Below are positions 17,128-26,592 of a stretch of DNA of 33,657 bases, piece after piece (the first letter of the stretch is position 1; each line of letters opens with the position of its first letter). Under the pieces are notes generated by a model, which was given only the letters and a program-made list of their open reading frames with translations, made no database searches and had not been told where the DNA came from. The stretch lies in IMG/VR virus record IMGVR_UViG_2939152649_000001, one strand, 5' to 3'. Made by a program: the position numbers and the translations under genes. Source of the stretch: a virus (taxonomy: Duplodnaviria > Heunggongvirae > Uroviricota > Caudoviricetes).

Positions 17128-17343
17128 ATGACGCTTGAGCGAATCAGCGCCTTTATCACGTATTGCATCGCCGTCGTGCTGGCCTGGCTGGGCGATTTGT
17201 CCATCAAGGATGCCTCAACGCTGGGCGGCCTGATGATTGGTGTGCTGATGCTGGCTATCAACTGGTACTACAAACACAAAGCCTACCAGCTTCTGCGCGA
17301 CGGGCAGATCTCGCGGGAGGATTATGAATCCATCAATCGTTAA
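17128..17343 (+). CDS. Holin
   Basis: 71-aa protein with two hydrophobic segments (ISAFITYCIAVVLAWLG and LGGLMIGVLMLAINWYY) and a charged C-terminus, immediately upstream of the endolysin. Confidence 0.7.
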   Translation: MTLERISAFITYCIAVVLAWLGDLSIKDASTLGGLMIGVLMLAINWYYKHKAYQLLRDGQISREDYESINR

Positions 17344-17836
17344 ACGCTGCCTTGTCGGGACCGTGCTGGCTATTGCTGCCACGCTGCCGGGTTTTCAGCA
17401 GCTTCACACCTCCGTGGAGGGGCTGAAACTGATTGCCGATTACGAAGGCTGTCGTCTGCAGCCGTATCAGTGCAGCGCGGGTGTCTGGACCGATGGCATT
17501 GGTAATACATCGGGCGTCATTCCCGGCAAAACCATCACGGAACGACAGGCAGCGGAAGGGCTGATCTCCAACGTGCTGCGTGTGGAGCGGGCGCTGAAAA
17601 GGTGTGTGAAGCAACAGCCGCCGCAGAAGGTGTATGACGCTACGGTGTCGTTTGCCTTCAACGTGGGGACGGGCAATGCCTGTAGTTCCACGCTGGTGAA
17701 ATTGCTCAATCAGCGGCGCTGGGCGGATGCGTGCCGACAGTTGCCGCGCTGGGTTTATGTGAAAGGTGTTTTTAATCAGGGGCTGGATAACCGCCGTGCG
17801 CGGGAGATGGCCTGGTGCTTACAGGGAGCAAACTGA
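17324..17836 (+). CDS. K: Endolysin, T4-lysozyme-like (GH24), with N-terminal hydrophobic signal-anchor-release-like segment
   Basis: LKLIADYEGCRLQPYQCSAGVWTDGIGNT carries the E-x8-D/C-x5-T catalytic arrangement of T4-type lysozymes; N-terminal CLVGTVLAIAATLPGF is hydrophobic. Confidence 0.85.
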   Translation: MNPSIVKRCLVGTVLAIAATLPGFQQLHTSVEGLKLIADYEGCRLQPYQCSAGVWTDGIGNTSGVIPGKTITERQAAEGLISNVLRVERALKRCVKQQPPQKVYDATVSFAFNVGTGNACSSTLVKLLNQRRWADACRQLPRWVYVKGVFNQGLDNRRAREMAWCLQGAN

Positions 17837-17837
17837 A

Positions 17838-18215
17838 ATGAAAAAGAAATTAATCAGCGGACTGTTTCTGATGTTATGGATGGCGCTGTTAATCGCAGCA
17901 ATGGTTTATCCGCAGGGGATTTTTCCGGTGCTGGCAGCGTCCGGCGTTTGGGTAGCCTGTTTGCTGACATGGGCGGTAATTCCGGTAGCACTGGCTGCGT
18001 TAATTAAGAATGGCCCGCTCTGGCAGGAGTTAAGGGCATCTTTGCTGAAGACAATTACCCGAAAAGAAAACGTATTTACCAGTTGGGTGATGCGATTGCT
18101 GATTGTTGTAAGTCTCGCCTGGACGGGGTGGGCTATTACCCTGGTCTTTTATCTACTGACCGTTATTGCCTTCTGGATCACCCGTAATCAGATGGCGCAA
18201 CAGGTAGCAGCATGA
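17838..18215 (+). CDS. lysA: LysA-like polytopic membrane protein (lysis timing)
   Basis: 125-aa protein with about four predicted transmembrane helices, in the position of P2 lysA. Confidence 0.7.
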   Translation: MKKKLISGLFLMLWMALLIAAMVYPQGIFPVLAASGVWVACLLTWAVIPVALAALIKNGPLWQELRASLLKTITRKENVFTSWVMRLLIVVSLAWTGWAITLVFYLLTVIAFWITRNQMAQQVAA

Positions 18216-18640
18216 ACCGGTTGCTGCTGGTTGTGCTGACGTTATTACTGGCGGCGCTGGGCTGGCAGACGTGGCGGCTGGCTGATGCCAGCCAGACCAT
18301 CAGCACGCAGGCAGACGAGCTGCAGAGCAAAAGCCAGGCACTGGCAAAGAGCAATAGCCAGCTTATCAGCCTGTCCATTCTGACTGAAACCAATAACCGG
18401 GAGCAGGCGCGGCTCTATGCCGAAGCAGAACAGACCAGCACTCTGCTGAGACAACGACAACACCGGATCGAGGAACTGAAACGTGAGAACGAGGATTTAC
18501 GCCGCTGGGCTGATACTCCTTTGCCTGCTGACATTATCCGGCTGCGGAAACGTCCGGCACTCACCGGAGGTATGGCTTACCGTCAGTGGTTGTCCGCGAG
18601 TGACGCCGTGTCGGCTGGATCAGACAACGCCGCGCACTAA
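18212..18640 (+). CDS. lysB: LysB, Rz-like inner-membrane spanin
   Basis: 142-aa ORF with N-terminal transmembrane segment (LLLVVLTLLLAALGW) followed by a coiled-coil-prone region. Confidence 0.7.
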   Translation: MNRLLLVVLTLLLAALGWQTWRLADASQTISTQADELQSKSQALAKSNSQLISLSILTETNNREQARLYAEAEQTSTLLRQRQHRIEELKRENEDLRRWADTPLPADIIRLRKRPALTGGMAYRQWLSASDAVSAGSDNAAH

Positions 18641-18773
18641 CGGTGATCTGAACGCGTTGCTGGATGAAACGGAGGCCGCCTGGGCGGTCTGTGCAGACAA
18701 AGTGGACATGATTATTGCGTGTCAGGAGCGAAATAGTGAACAAACCACAATCCCTGCGCCACGCCCTCAATAA
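18483..18773 (+). CDS. lysC: LysC, Rz1-like outer-membrane lipoprotein spanin, nested in the +1 frame of lysB
   Basis: Signal peptide with lipobox (LLCLLTLSGC); ORF begins inside lysB in another frame and extends past its stop; 96 aa as recalled for P2 LysC. Confidence 0.65.
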   Translation: MRTRIYAAGLILLCLLTLSGCGNVRHSPEVWLTVSGCPRVTPCRLDQTTPRTNGDLNALLDETEAAWAVCADKVDMIIACQERNSEQTTIPAPRPQ

Positions 18774-19167
18774 AGCGGTGCCTTATGTCCGCAATAACCC
18801 GGACAAACTGCATCTGTTTGTGGATAACGGTTCGCTGGTTGCCACGGGGGCCAGCTCCATGTCGTGGGAGTACCGTTACACACTGAACGCGGTGATTGAG
18901 GATTTCAGCGGCGACCAGAATCTGCTGATGGCCCCGGTTTTGCTGTGGCTGAGGGATAACCAGCCCGATGCCATCAATAACCCGGCGTTACGGGAAAAGC
19001 TATTCACCTTTGAGGTGGATATTCTGCGCAACGATGTCTGTGATATCAGCCTGAACCTGCAACTGACGGAACGTGTGCTGGTCAGCACTGACGGCAGTGT
19101 GTCGAGCGTTGAAGCTATAGCGGAACCTGATGCACCTGAAGAAATGTGGACGGTGAAACGTGGCTGA
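18736..19167 (+). CDS. R: Tail completion protein R
   Basis: Start placed at the in-frame GTG at 18736 preceded by AGGAGC; translation VNKPQSLRHALNKAVPYVRNNPDKLHLFVDNGS... resembles P2 gpR as recalled. Confidence 0.8.
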   Translation: MNKPQSLRHALNKAVPYVRNNPDKLHLFVDNGSLVATGASSMSWEYRYTLNAVIEDFSGDQNLLMAPVLLWLRDNQPDAINNPALREKLFTFEVDILRNDVCDISLNLQLTERVLVSTDGSVSSVEAIAEPDAPEEMWTVKRG

Positions 19168-19606
19168 ACTGCAGAAGGTGGACGACTGGCTGAGTGCCTT
19201 GCTGGCGAATCTGGAACCAGCCACGAGAAGCCGCATGATGCGCCAGCTGGCGCAGGAACTTCGCCGGACACAGCAGCAGAATATCAGGATGCAGCGCAAC
19301 CCTGACGGCAGCAGCTATGAACCGCGACGGGTAACAGCACGCAGTAAAAAAGGCCGTATCAAACGTCAGATGTTTGCAAAGCTGCGCACCACAAAATACC
19401 TGAAAACTGCCGCCAGCACCGACTCTGCCAGCGTGCAGTTTGAAGGCAAAGTGCAGCGCATTGCCCGCGTTCACCATTACGGCCTGCGAGATCGCGTCAG
19501 TCGTAAGGGACCGGAGGTGCGTTACGCAGAGCGTCGCCTTCTGGGTGTAAATGATGATGTTGAGGCAATGACTCGCGACATGATTCTGCAATGGCTGGCG
19601 GGGTGA
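19160..19606 (+). CDS. S: Tail completion protein S
   Basis: 148-aa ORF with GTG start overlapping the R stop; P2 gpS position and size. Confidence 0.8.
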   Translation: MAELQKVDDWLSALLANLEPATRSRMMRQLAQELRRTQQQNIRMQRNPDGSSYEPRRVTARSKKGRIKRQMFAKLRTTKYLKTAASTDSASVQFEGKVQRIARVHHYGLRDRVSRKGPEVRYAERRLLGVNDDVEAMTRDMILQWLAG

Positions 19607-19610
19607 TCTT

Positions 19611-19628
19611 TGTATCAGCACTGATACA
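19611..19628. promoter_or_regulatory. Late-promoter activator site upstream of V
   Basis: Perfect dyad TGTATCAG-CA-CTGATACA (TGT-N12-ACA), about 47-64 bp upstream of the V start codon. Confidence 0.6.
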
Positions 19629-19674
19629 AGTTGCAGCACTGCCGCCTTTCTTCCCCTGATGGCAACCTTTCCCT

Positions 19675-20253
19675 ATGAACGCACAATTAACCGAAATCAT
19701 GCGCCTTATCACCAACCTGATCCGCACAGGGGTAGTCACCGAAGTGGACAGGGAAAACTGGCTTTGCCGGGTGAAAACGGGCGAGCTTGAAACCAACTGG
19801 ATCAGCTGGCTGACGCTGCGTGCCGGGAATGCCCGTACATGGTGGCGACCATCGGAAGGTGAGCAGGTGGTGCTGCTGAGTCTGGGCGGCAATCTGGAAA
19901 CCGCCTTTGCGCTGCCCGCTGTCTATTCGAATCAGTTCGCACCACCGTCGACGTCGGCGGACGCCTGCGTGACAGAACATCCTGACGGTGGCTGGTTTGA
20001 ATACGAACCCGCCACCGGGCGCTGGTATGTCAGGGGCATCAAATCAATGGTCATTGAGGCTGCTGACAACATCACCATGAAAACCAGTGAGTTTGTACTG
20101 GAGGCTGACCGCACGCGCATTAACAGCGAAGTGGTGATCAATGGTGGCGTTACCCAGGGCGGCGGAGCGATGAGTTCTAACGGGATCGTGGTTGATGCGC
20201 ATCAGCATACTGGCGTCCTGAAAGGCGGCGATACAACCGGAGGCCCGGTATGA
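19675..20253 (+). CDS. V: Baseplate spike/assembly protein V
   Basis: 192-aa ORF with glycine-rich C-terminus, first gene of the baseplate operon. Confidence 0.9.
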   Translation: MNAQLTEIMRLITNLIRTGVVTEVDRENWLCRVKTGELETNWISWLTLRAGNARTWWRPSEGEQVVLLSLGGNLETAFALPAVYSNQFAPPSTSADACVTEHPDGGWFEYEPATGRWYVRGIKSMVIEAADNITMKTSEFVLEADRTRINSEVVINGGVTQGGGAMSSNGIVVDAHQHTGVLKGGDTTGGPV

Positions 20254-20609
20254 CGCTTTATAGCGGGATGAACAATACCAGCGGCAAAGTCATTACTGAT
20301 ATTGATCATCTGCGCCAGTCGGTGCGGGACATTCTGCTGACACCGCAGGGTAGCCGTATTGCCCGCCGGGAATATGGTTCCCTCCTGTCGGTTTTAATAG
20401 ATCAGCCACAAAATCCGGCATTACGCCTGCAGGTCATGTCGGCAGTGTATGTGGCGCTGAGTCGCTGGGAGCCACGGCTGACGCTGGATTCCATCACCAT
20501 CAACAGCAACTTTGACGGTTCTATGGTGGTGGAGCTGACCGGGCGGCGGAATAACGGTGTGCCTGTGTCCCTTTCCGTATCAACAGGAGCAGAGAATGGC
20601 AGTGATTGA
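20250..20609 (+). CDS. W: Baseplate wedge protein W (gp25-like)
   Basis: 119-aa ORF overlapping the V stop; P2 gpW size and position. Confidence 0.9.
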   Translation: MTLYSGMNNTSGKVITDIDHLRQSVRDILLTPQGSRIARREYGSLLSVLIDQPQNPALRLQVMSAVYVALSRWEPRLTLDSITINSNFDGSMVVELTGRRNNGVPVSLSVSTGAENGSD

Positions 20610-21504
20610 CCTTTCGCAGTTGCCTGCACCGCAGATTGTGGATATGCCGGACTTTGAGACGCTGCTTGCCGAACGCAAGGCAGAATTTGTGGCGCTTCAT
20701 CCGAAAGATGAGCAGGAAGCCGTGATCCGAACGTTGGAACTGGAATCTGAACCCGTCACTAAATTGTTGCAGGAGAACGCTTACCGTGAGTTGCTTCTGC
20801 GCCAGCGCATTAACGAAGCCGCGCAGGCGGTGATGGTGGCTTACGCGATGGGCGGCGATCTTGACCAGCTCGCAGCCAACTACAACGTGACACGCCTGAC
20901 GGTGACGCCTGCTGATGATGATGCTGTGCCGCCCGTTGCAGCTGTGATGGAAAGCGATGAAGCGTTACGCCTGCGTGTGCCTGCAGCCTTTGAAGGGCTT
21001 TCTGTTGCGGGGCCAACTGCAGCTTATGAATTTCATGCCCGAAGCGCCGACGGTAGGGTGGCGGATGCCAGTGCAACCAGCCCGGCACCTGCAGAGGTGG
21101 TGCTGACTGTCCTTAGCCGCGAAGGCGATGGAACTGCAGAAAAAGACCTGCTGGACGTGGTGGAAAAAGCTCTGAACAGTGAGAACGTCCGCCCGGTGGC
21201 TGACCGTCTGACGGTTCGCAGCGCAGAAATCATCCCGTATCGCGTGGAAGCCACCATTTTTCTCTATCCGGGACCGGAAGCAGAGCCGGTAATGGCAGCG
21301 GCAAAAGCCAGCCTGCAGAAGTACATCGCCAGTCAGACGCGTCTTGGTCGGGATATTCGCCGTAGCGCCATCTTTGCCGCCCTGCATGTTGAGGGTGTGC
21401 AGCGTGTGGAGCTGGCTTCTCCTCTGGCGGATGTGGTCCTGAACAAAACACAGGCGGCATCATGTACGCAGTGGAGCGTAACCAACGGAGGAACGGATGA
21501 ATAG
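20596..21504 (+). CDS. J: Baseplate assembly protein J
   Basis: 302-aa ORF from the Met of MAVIDLSQLPAP..., start overlapping the end of W. Confidence 0.9.
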   Translation: MAVIDLSQLPAPQIVDMPDFETLLAERKAEFVALHPKDEQEAVIRTLELESEPVTKLLQENAYRELLLRQRINEAAQAVMVAYAMGGDLDQLAANYNVTRLTVTPADDDAVPPVAAVMESDEALRLRVPAAFEGLSVAGPTAAYEFHARSADGRVADASATSPAPAEVVLTVLSREGDGTAEKDLLDVVEKALNSENVRPVADRLTVRSAEIIPYRVEATIFLYPGPEAEPVMAAAKASLQKYIASQTRLGRDIRRSAIFAALHVEGVQRVELASPLADVVLNKTQAASCTQWSVTNGGTDE

Positions 21505-22102
21505 TCTGCTGCCACCGGGTTCAACTTCACTGGAGCGCCGACTGGCGCAAACCTGTAGCGGGATTTCTGATCTGCAGGTGCCGCTGCGTGACTTGTGGAA
21601 TCCGGCTACCTGTCCGGTCAGCTTCCTGCCTTATCTCGCCTGGGCGTTCTCTGTGGATCGCTGGGACGAGGGCTGGACAGAAAGCGTCAAACGCCAGGTA
21701 GTGAAGGATGCTTTTTATATTCATCAGCATAAAGGAACCACCAGTGCCGTGCGGCGGGTGGTGGAACCGTTCGGATTCCTGATCCGCATTATTGAGTGGT
21801 GGCAGACCGGAGAGGCTCCGGGCACGTTTCGCCTGGATATCGGCGTGCAGGACCAGGGCATCACTGAAGATACCTATCTGGAACTTGAGCGACTGATAAG
21901 CGATGCCAAACCATGTAGCCGCCACATGATCGGCATGTCCATCAATCTGCAGACCAGCGGCCCGCATTGGGTGGGAGCCGCCAGCTATCTTGGCGAAGAA
22001 ATCACGATCTATCCGTATATCAACGAAACAATTATTTCTGGCGGCACCGCGCATGAAGGCGGGGCGGTCCATGTTATTGACACAATGAGAGTGAATCCAT
22101 GA
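21497..22102 (+). CDS. I: Baseplate/tail-fibre attachment protein I
   Basis: 201-aa ORF between J and H, overlapping both. Confidence 0.85.
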   Translation: MNSLLPPGSTSLERRLAQTCSGISDLQVPLRDLWNPATCPVSFLPYLAWAFSVDRWDEGWTESVKRQVVKDAFYIHQHKGTTSAVRRVVEPFGFLIRIIEWWQTGEAPGTFRLDIGVQDQGITEDTYLELERLISDAKPCSRHMIGMSINLQTSGPHWVGAASYLGEEITIYPYINETIISGGTAHEGGAVHVIDTMRVNP

Positions 22103-23496
22103 GCACAAAATTTTATACCCTGCTGACGGATATTGGCGCGGCGAAACTTGCCAGCGCCGCCGCGCTCGGTGTGCCGCTAAAAATTACCCATATGGCGGTG
22201 GGCGATGGTGGCGGAACATTGCCGACGCCGGACGCAAAGCAGAGTGCACTGGTAAATGAGAAACGTCGGGCTGCGCTGAATATGCTCTATATCGACCCAC
22301 AGAACAGCAGCCAGATTATTGCTGAACAGGTGATCCCTGAAAATGAGGGTGGTTGGTGGATACGTGAAGTGGGTCTGTTTGATGAGTCCGGGGCATTGAT
22401 TGCCGTAGGCAACTGCCCGGAAAGCTATAAGCCGCAACTGGCTGAAGGCAGCGGGCGCACCCAGACCGTGCGCATGGTGCTGATTACCAGCAGCACGGAC
22501 AATATCACCCTGAAAATCGACCCTGCCGTCGTGCTGGCAACCCGCAAGTATGTGGATGACAAGGTACTGGAGCTGAAGGTGTTCGTGGATGATAAGATGG
22601 CAAAACATCTTGCCGCACCGGACCCGCATTCACAGTATGCACCCAAAGAAAGCCCGACATTGACCGGAACACCCAAAGCGCCAACGCCAGCGGAGGGGAA
22701 TAACACCACGCAGATTGCGACCACCGCGTTTGTTCAGGCGGCACTGATGGCCCTTATTAATGGTGCGCCAGCCACACTGGATACGCTGAAAGAAATTGCC
22801 GCTGCCATTAATAATGACCCGAAATTCAGTACCACCATTAACAATGCGCTGGCACTGAAAGCGTCGCTGTCAAGTCCGGCACTCACCGGAACGCCAACAG
22901 CCCCCACTGCCGCACAGTCGGTTAACAATACACAGATTGCCACCACGGCTTTTGTGAAATCGGCAATTGCGGCAATGGTGGGGTCTGCACCTGCTGCACT
23001 GGATACACTGAACGAACTGGCTGCGGCGCTGGGGAATGACCCGAACTTTGCCACGACAATGCTTAATGCGCTGGCAGGTAAACAACCGCTGGACAATACG
23101 CTGACTAATTTGAGTGGAAAGGATGTAGCTGGTCTTCTCGCATACCTTGGTTTGGGAGAGGGAGCAAAATTAGGCGCAGCGGTGTGTGTGACCGGCTCTA
23201 CAGGCTATATGACTATCCCGGCAATGGTCGCCGGGAAAGAACGGGTGATCATATTGCAGTGGTTTGGTGCTGCTACAACTGATTATGTGACACCAGTAAC
23301 TGCGAATTTCCCTATTGCATTCCCAAATGAGTGCATGATTCCGTTATTTAGTGATGTATCAACTGGGGCAGTTGATTTGAGTTCTACAGCCGCATATAGC
23401 TTAGCGGTGGGCCGATCATACTATACGACGGTAACAAGAACTCAGATTACATGTGCTGGCTACGGTGGCTTTAGAGTTTTCGCGATTGGATGGTGA
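22099..23496 (+). CDS. H: Tail fibre protein H; C-terminal ~115 codons lie inside the invertible cassette
   Basis: 465-aa ORF with conserved N-terminal baseplate-binding part ([24 protein letters not shown]...), tandem 74-aa fibre repeats and a variable C-terminus. Confidence 0.9.
   Translation: MSTKFYTLLTDIGAAKLASAAALGVPLKITHMAVGDGGGTLPTPDAKQSALVNEKRRAALNMLYIDPQNSSQIIAEQVIPENEGGWWIREVGLFDESGALIAVGNCPESYKPQLAEGSGRTQTVRMVLITSSTDNITLKIDPAVVLATRKYVDDKVLELKVFVDDKMAKHLAAPDPHSQYAPKESPTLTGTPKAPTPAEGNNTTQIATTAFVQAALMALINGAPATLDTLKEIAAAINNDPKFSTTINNALALKASLSSPALTGTPTAPTAAQSVNNTQIATTAFVKSAIAAMVGSAPAALDTLNELAAALGNDPNFATTMLNALAGKQPLDNTLTNLSGKDVAGLLAYLGLGEGAKLGAAVCVTGSTGYMTIPAMVAGKERVIILQWFGAATTDYVTPVTANFPIAFPNECMIPLFSDVSTGAVDLSSTAAYSLAVGRSYYTTVTRTQITCAGYGGFRVFAIGW
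22651..23094 (+). repeat. Tandem duplication (2 x 222 bp, encoding 74 aa each) inside H
   Basis: [59 protein letters not shown]... is followed by [59 protein letters not shown]... Confidence 0.7.
23136..23159. promoter_or_regulatory. hix/gix-like recombination site (left) inside H
   Basis: TCTCGCATACC-TT-GGTTTGGGAGA: imperfect dyad around a central TT, resembling crossover sites of Hin/Gin/Cin/Pin invertases (AAACC-NN-GGTTT core); inverted copy at 24682..24705. Confidence 0.6.
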
Positions 23497-23501
23497 TTAA
23501 T

Positions 23502-23921
23502 ATGTTTTATTCTGCAAAAGAAAATGCGTTCTACGCTGATGAGCTAAAAAGTATTTATGAAAATGCAGGTAGCTGGCCTGACGATGCCGTTGAAGTAGAC
23601 TATTCCGTATTCGTTGAGTTTGCCGGAGAATCACCTAACGGAAAATTACGCGCTCCTAATTCTGATGGTTTACCTGAATGGATAGATATTCCCGAACCAA
23701 CTGAAGAGGAAATTATTGCGTTGGCAGAAGCCGAAAAATCGCGACTGCGTGCTTCAGCTGACTCTGAAATAGAATGGCGGCAGGACGCCGTTGATGCGGG
23801 GATCGCGACGGAAGAAGAAACTGTTTCATTAGCCGAATGGAAAAAATACCGGGTGCTGCTGATGCGAGTTGATACAGCAGACCCGGACTGGCCTACTCCT
23901 CCGGCGACTCAGGCCAGTTGA
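23502..23921 (+). CDS. Tail fibre assembly protein (chaperone) for the expressed fibre variant
   Basis: [28 protein letters not shown]... with C-terminal DWPTPP motif; immediately follows H (alternative in-frame ATG at 23490). Confidence 0.8.
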   Translation: MFYSAKENAFYADELKSIYENAGSWPDDAVEVDYSVFVEFAGESPNGKLRAPNSDGLPEWIDIPEPTEEEIIALAEAEKSRLRASADSEIEWRQDAVDAGIATEEETVSLAEWKKYRVLLMRVDTADPDWPTPPATQAS

Positions 23922-24324
23922 TATCTGGTGCGCTGGATATGTCCACAGATTCCAGCGCATCGAGATAATCCAGCCACTCGTTATACTGGGCCTTCTCGTC
24001 GTCTGTAAGTCGCCCCAGCGCAGCTTTACCCGGCCACTGCTTGCTGTTTATATACTCATTAGCCTGATCGATACGATACTGTTTTTCAGCTTCAGCTGCT
24101 GCGATTTCCTCCTCATGGCTTAAAGGTGGAATGTCTACCCATGCCGGCATTCCATCCTCAGTAGCTCCACGAGTTTTACCCTCTGGTGGCATCCCCGAAT
24201 ATTCAGTGAATGTCTCATCTGAGACGGCTATGAGATCGTCAGGCCAGTTTCTACTCGCTTCATAAACATCTCTGAGCTCATCAGGGTAGAAAGCGTTATT
24301 TAATGCTGAATAAAAATAAGCCAT
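23893..24324 (-). CDS. Tail fibre assembly protein, alternative copy in inverted orientation
   Basis: [30 protein letters not shown]... is a paralogue of the plus-strand chaperone; the two converge and overlap by 29 bp, as U and U' do in Mu-type G segments. Confidence 0.8.
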   Translation of the reverse strand: MAYFYSALNNAFYPDELRDVYEASRNWPDDLIAVSDETFTEYSGMPPEGKTRGATEDGMPAWVDIPPLSHEEEIAAAEAEKQYRIDQANEYINSKQWPGKAALGRLTDDEKAQYNEWLDYLDALESVDISSAPDINWPESPEE

Positions 24325-24327
24325 TTA

Positions 24328-24692
24328 TTAATACCCCACAGCAAAATAGTTAAACCCGCCAGCGCCGATGGATGATTCAGCGTTGGTTCCTGTCTGATAA
24401 GCGCGTAGCTGGAAATTAGTTCTCGTAAAATTCTGGGCGGTTAACGCAAAACCTTGACCTGTACCCCCAACACTCTGGTCTGTTGCAACAACACATAGCG
24501 CCCTGGTTGGAAACGCAATCGGGAATGATACTGTTTCTGGGGATGTTTTCGTTTTGGCTATTGCCCATTGAAGAATTAACCCGCCTGGCAGGTATTGATA
24601 CCCCGAATCGGCTCGCTGATTACCAAATGAAGACATGTCCGGAATCTGTCCGGAACCAGTGCCAACATTTTTTTTGCCGCATCTCCTAAACC
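24328..24692 (-). other. Silent alternative tail-fibre C-terminal cassette, promoterless, minus strand
   Basis: Minus-strand translation ...LILQWAIAKTKTSPETVSFPIAFPTRAL...GGFNYFAVGY parallels the C-terminus of H (...[28 protein letters not shown]...[10 protein letters not shown]); the six-frame ORF 24328..24765 extends spuriously upstream of the recombination site. Confidence 0.7.
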
Positions 24693-24705
24693 AACGTTTA
24701 TAAAA
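24682..24705. promoter_or_regulatory. hix/gix-like recombination site (right), inverted relative to the site in H
   Basis: Reverse complement TTTTATAAACG-TT-GGTTTAGGAGA matches the left site in the core (TT-GGTTT-GGAGA); the two delimit a ~1.55 kb invertible segment. Confidence 0.6.
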
Positions 24706-24746
24706 ATGCAGAGATTTTTCCTGCAAGCGGACAAATACCGTTATTT

Positions 24747-24764
24747 TGTGTGAATAACGGTACA
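24747..24764. promoter_or_regulatory. Candidate late-promoter activator site upstream of FI
   Basis: TGTGTGAATAACGGTACA (TGT-N12-ACA), near-identical in its ends to the O-promoter site, about 77-94 bp upstream of the FI start. Confidence 0.5.
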
Positions 24765-24840
24765 ACTGCGCTTAGCTGTTTGTCAGGCACAATCACTTCA
24801 ACATAGGGCGAAGCCTAATCCAATCAGGAGGTTCGCCACT

Positions 24841-26013
24841 ATGGCTCAGGATTACCACCACGGGGTGCGCGTTGTTGAAGTTAACGAAGGCACCCGATCC
24901 ATTACCACGGTGAGCACCGCCATCGTGGGTATGGTCTGCACGGGCGATGATGCCGATGCAAAAATGTTTCCTCTTAATAAACCCGTGCTGATCACTGATG
25001 TGCTGACTGCCAGCGGTAAAGCGGGTGAGTCCGGCACGCTGGCCCGTTCGCTGGATGCCATCGCTGACCAGGCAAAACCCGTGACCGTTGTTGTGCGTGT
25101 GCCGCAGGGTGAAACGGAAGAAGAAACCACGACCAATATCATCGGCGCAGTGACTGCTGAAGGTAAAAAAACAGGCATGAAAGCCCTGTTATCTGCCCAG
25201 ACACAGCTCGGCGTTAAACCGCGCATTCTCGGCGTGCCAGGTCACGATAACAAAGCCGTTGCTACTGAGTTGCTGAGTGTGGCGCAAAGCCTGCGTGGGT
25301 TTGCTTACCTGTCAGCGTATGGCTGCAAGACGGTGCAGGAGGCGATCACTTACCGTGAAAACTTCAGCCAGCGCGAAGGAATGCTGATCTGGCCCGACTT
25401 TACTGGCTGGGACACGGTGCTGAATGCCGAAGCAACGGCATATGCCACCGCCCGTGCGCTTGGTCTGCGTGCCAAAATTGATGAGCAGACCGGATGGCAC
25501 AAAAGCCTGTCCAACGTGGGCGTGAACGGTGTCACCGGAGTTTCTGCAGATGTGTTCTGGGATCTGCAGGACCCGGCAACCGATGCAGGTCTGCTGAACC
25601 AGAACGACGTCACCACGCTTGTGCGTAAAGACGGTTTCCGCTTCTGGGGTTCCCGCTGCCTGAGTGATGACCCGCTCTTTGCCTTCGAAAACTACACCCG
25701 CACGGCGCAGGTGCTGACGGACACAATGGCAGAAGCGCACATGTGGGCAGTGGACAAACCGCTGAACCCGTCGCTGGCCCGCGACATTATCGAAGGTATC
25801 CGCGCCAAAATGCGCAGCCTGGTCAGTCAGGGGTATCTCATTGGTGGTGATTGCTGGCTGGATGAGTCGGTGAACGATAAAGACACGCTGAAAGCCGGGA
25901 AGCTCACCATTGACTACGACTACACGCCAGTGCCGCCACTTGAAAACCTGATGCTGCGTCAGCGCATCACCGATCAGTACCTGGTGAATTTTGCCAGCCA
26001 GGTCAGCGCGTAA
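24841..26013 (+). CDS. FI: Contractile tail sheath protein
   Basis: 390-aa ORF with strong similarity to P2 gpFI as recalled ([19 protein letters not shown]..., ...[21 protein letters not shown]..., ...[13 protein letters not shown]...). Confidence 0.93.
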   Translation: MAQDYHHGVRVVEVNEGTRSITTVSTAIVGMVCTGDDADAKMFPLNKPVLITDVLTASGKAGESGTLARSLDAIADQAKPVTVVVRVPQGETEEETTTNIIGAVTAEGKKTGMKALLSAQTQLGVKPRILGVPGHDNKAVATELLSVAQSLRGFAYLSAYGCKTVQEAITYRENFSQREGMLIWPDFTGWDTVLNAEATAYATARALGLRAKIDEQTGWHKSLSNVGVNGVTGVSADVFWDLQDPATDAGLLNQNDVTTLVRKDGFRFWGSRCLSDDPLFAFENYTRTAQVLTDTMAEAHMWAVDKPLNPSLARDIIEGIRAKMRSLVSQGYLIGGDCWLDESVNDKDTLKAGKLTIDYDYTPVPPLENLMLRQRITDQYLVNFASQVSA

Positions 26014-26022
26014 GGGGACAAC

Positions 26023-26538
26023 ATGGCTTTACCACGCAAATTAAAACATCTGAACCTGTTTAACGACGGGAACAACTGGCAGGGGATCGTTGAGTCGCTG
26101 ACACTGCCGAAATTCACCCGCAAATATGAGAAGTATCGCGGCGGCGGAATGCCGGGTGCAGTGGATGTGGATCTGGGACTTGATGACAGTGCTCTGGACA
26201 CAGAATTTTCCATTGGTGGTACTGAACTGCTGCTGTTTAAGCAGATGGGCAAAGCCACTGTGGATGGCATCCAGTTGCGCTTTACCGGCTCTATCCAGCG
26301 TGACGATACCGGAGAAGTGCAGGCCGTAGAGCTTGTAGTGCGTGGGCGTCACAAAGAAGTGGATTCCGGTGAGTGGAAGACGGGCGAAAGCAACACCACC
26401 AAAGTGACCAGCACTAACAGCTACGCGAAGCTGACAATCAATGGTGAGGTGCTCTATGAAGTGGACCTCATCAACATGGTGGAAATCGTGGACGGTGTGG
26501 ACCTGATGGAAGCACACCGTAACGCCCTCGGCCTCTGA
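26023..26538 (+). CDS. FII: Tail tube protein
   Basis: 171-aa ORF immediately after the sheath gene; P2 gpFII position and size. Confidence 0.9.
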   Translation: MALPRKLKHLNLFNDGNNWQGIVESLTLPKFTRKYEKYRGGGMPGAVDVDLGLDDSALDTEFSIGGTELLLFKQMGKATVDGIQLRFTGSIQRDDTGEVQAVELVVRGRHKEVDSGEWKTGESNTTKVTSTNSYAKLTINGEVLYEVDLINMVEIVDGVDLMEAHRNALGL

Positions 26539-26592
26539 TGTATCTGAACGGCGCGGAATACCGCGCCAGAACCTAATTTACAGGACAGCAAA

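Noticed and set aside
24693-24765. N-terminal extension of the six-frame ORF 24328..24765 ([26 protein letters not shown]...) as an independent start for the alternative fibre
   Set aside because: The extension runs backwards through the FI late-promoter region and the recombination site; a 145-aa product would lack the fibre's baseplate-binding N-terminus. Treated as a promoterless cassette instead.
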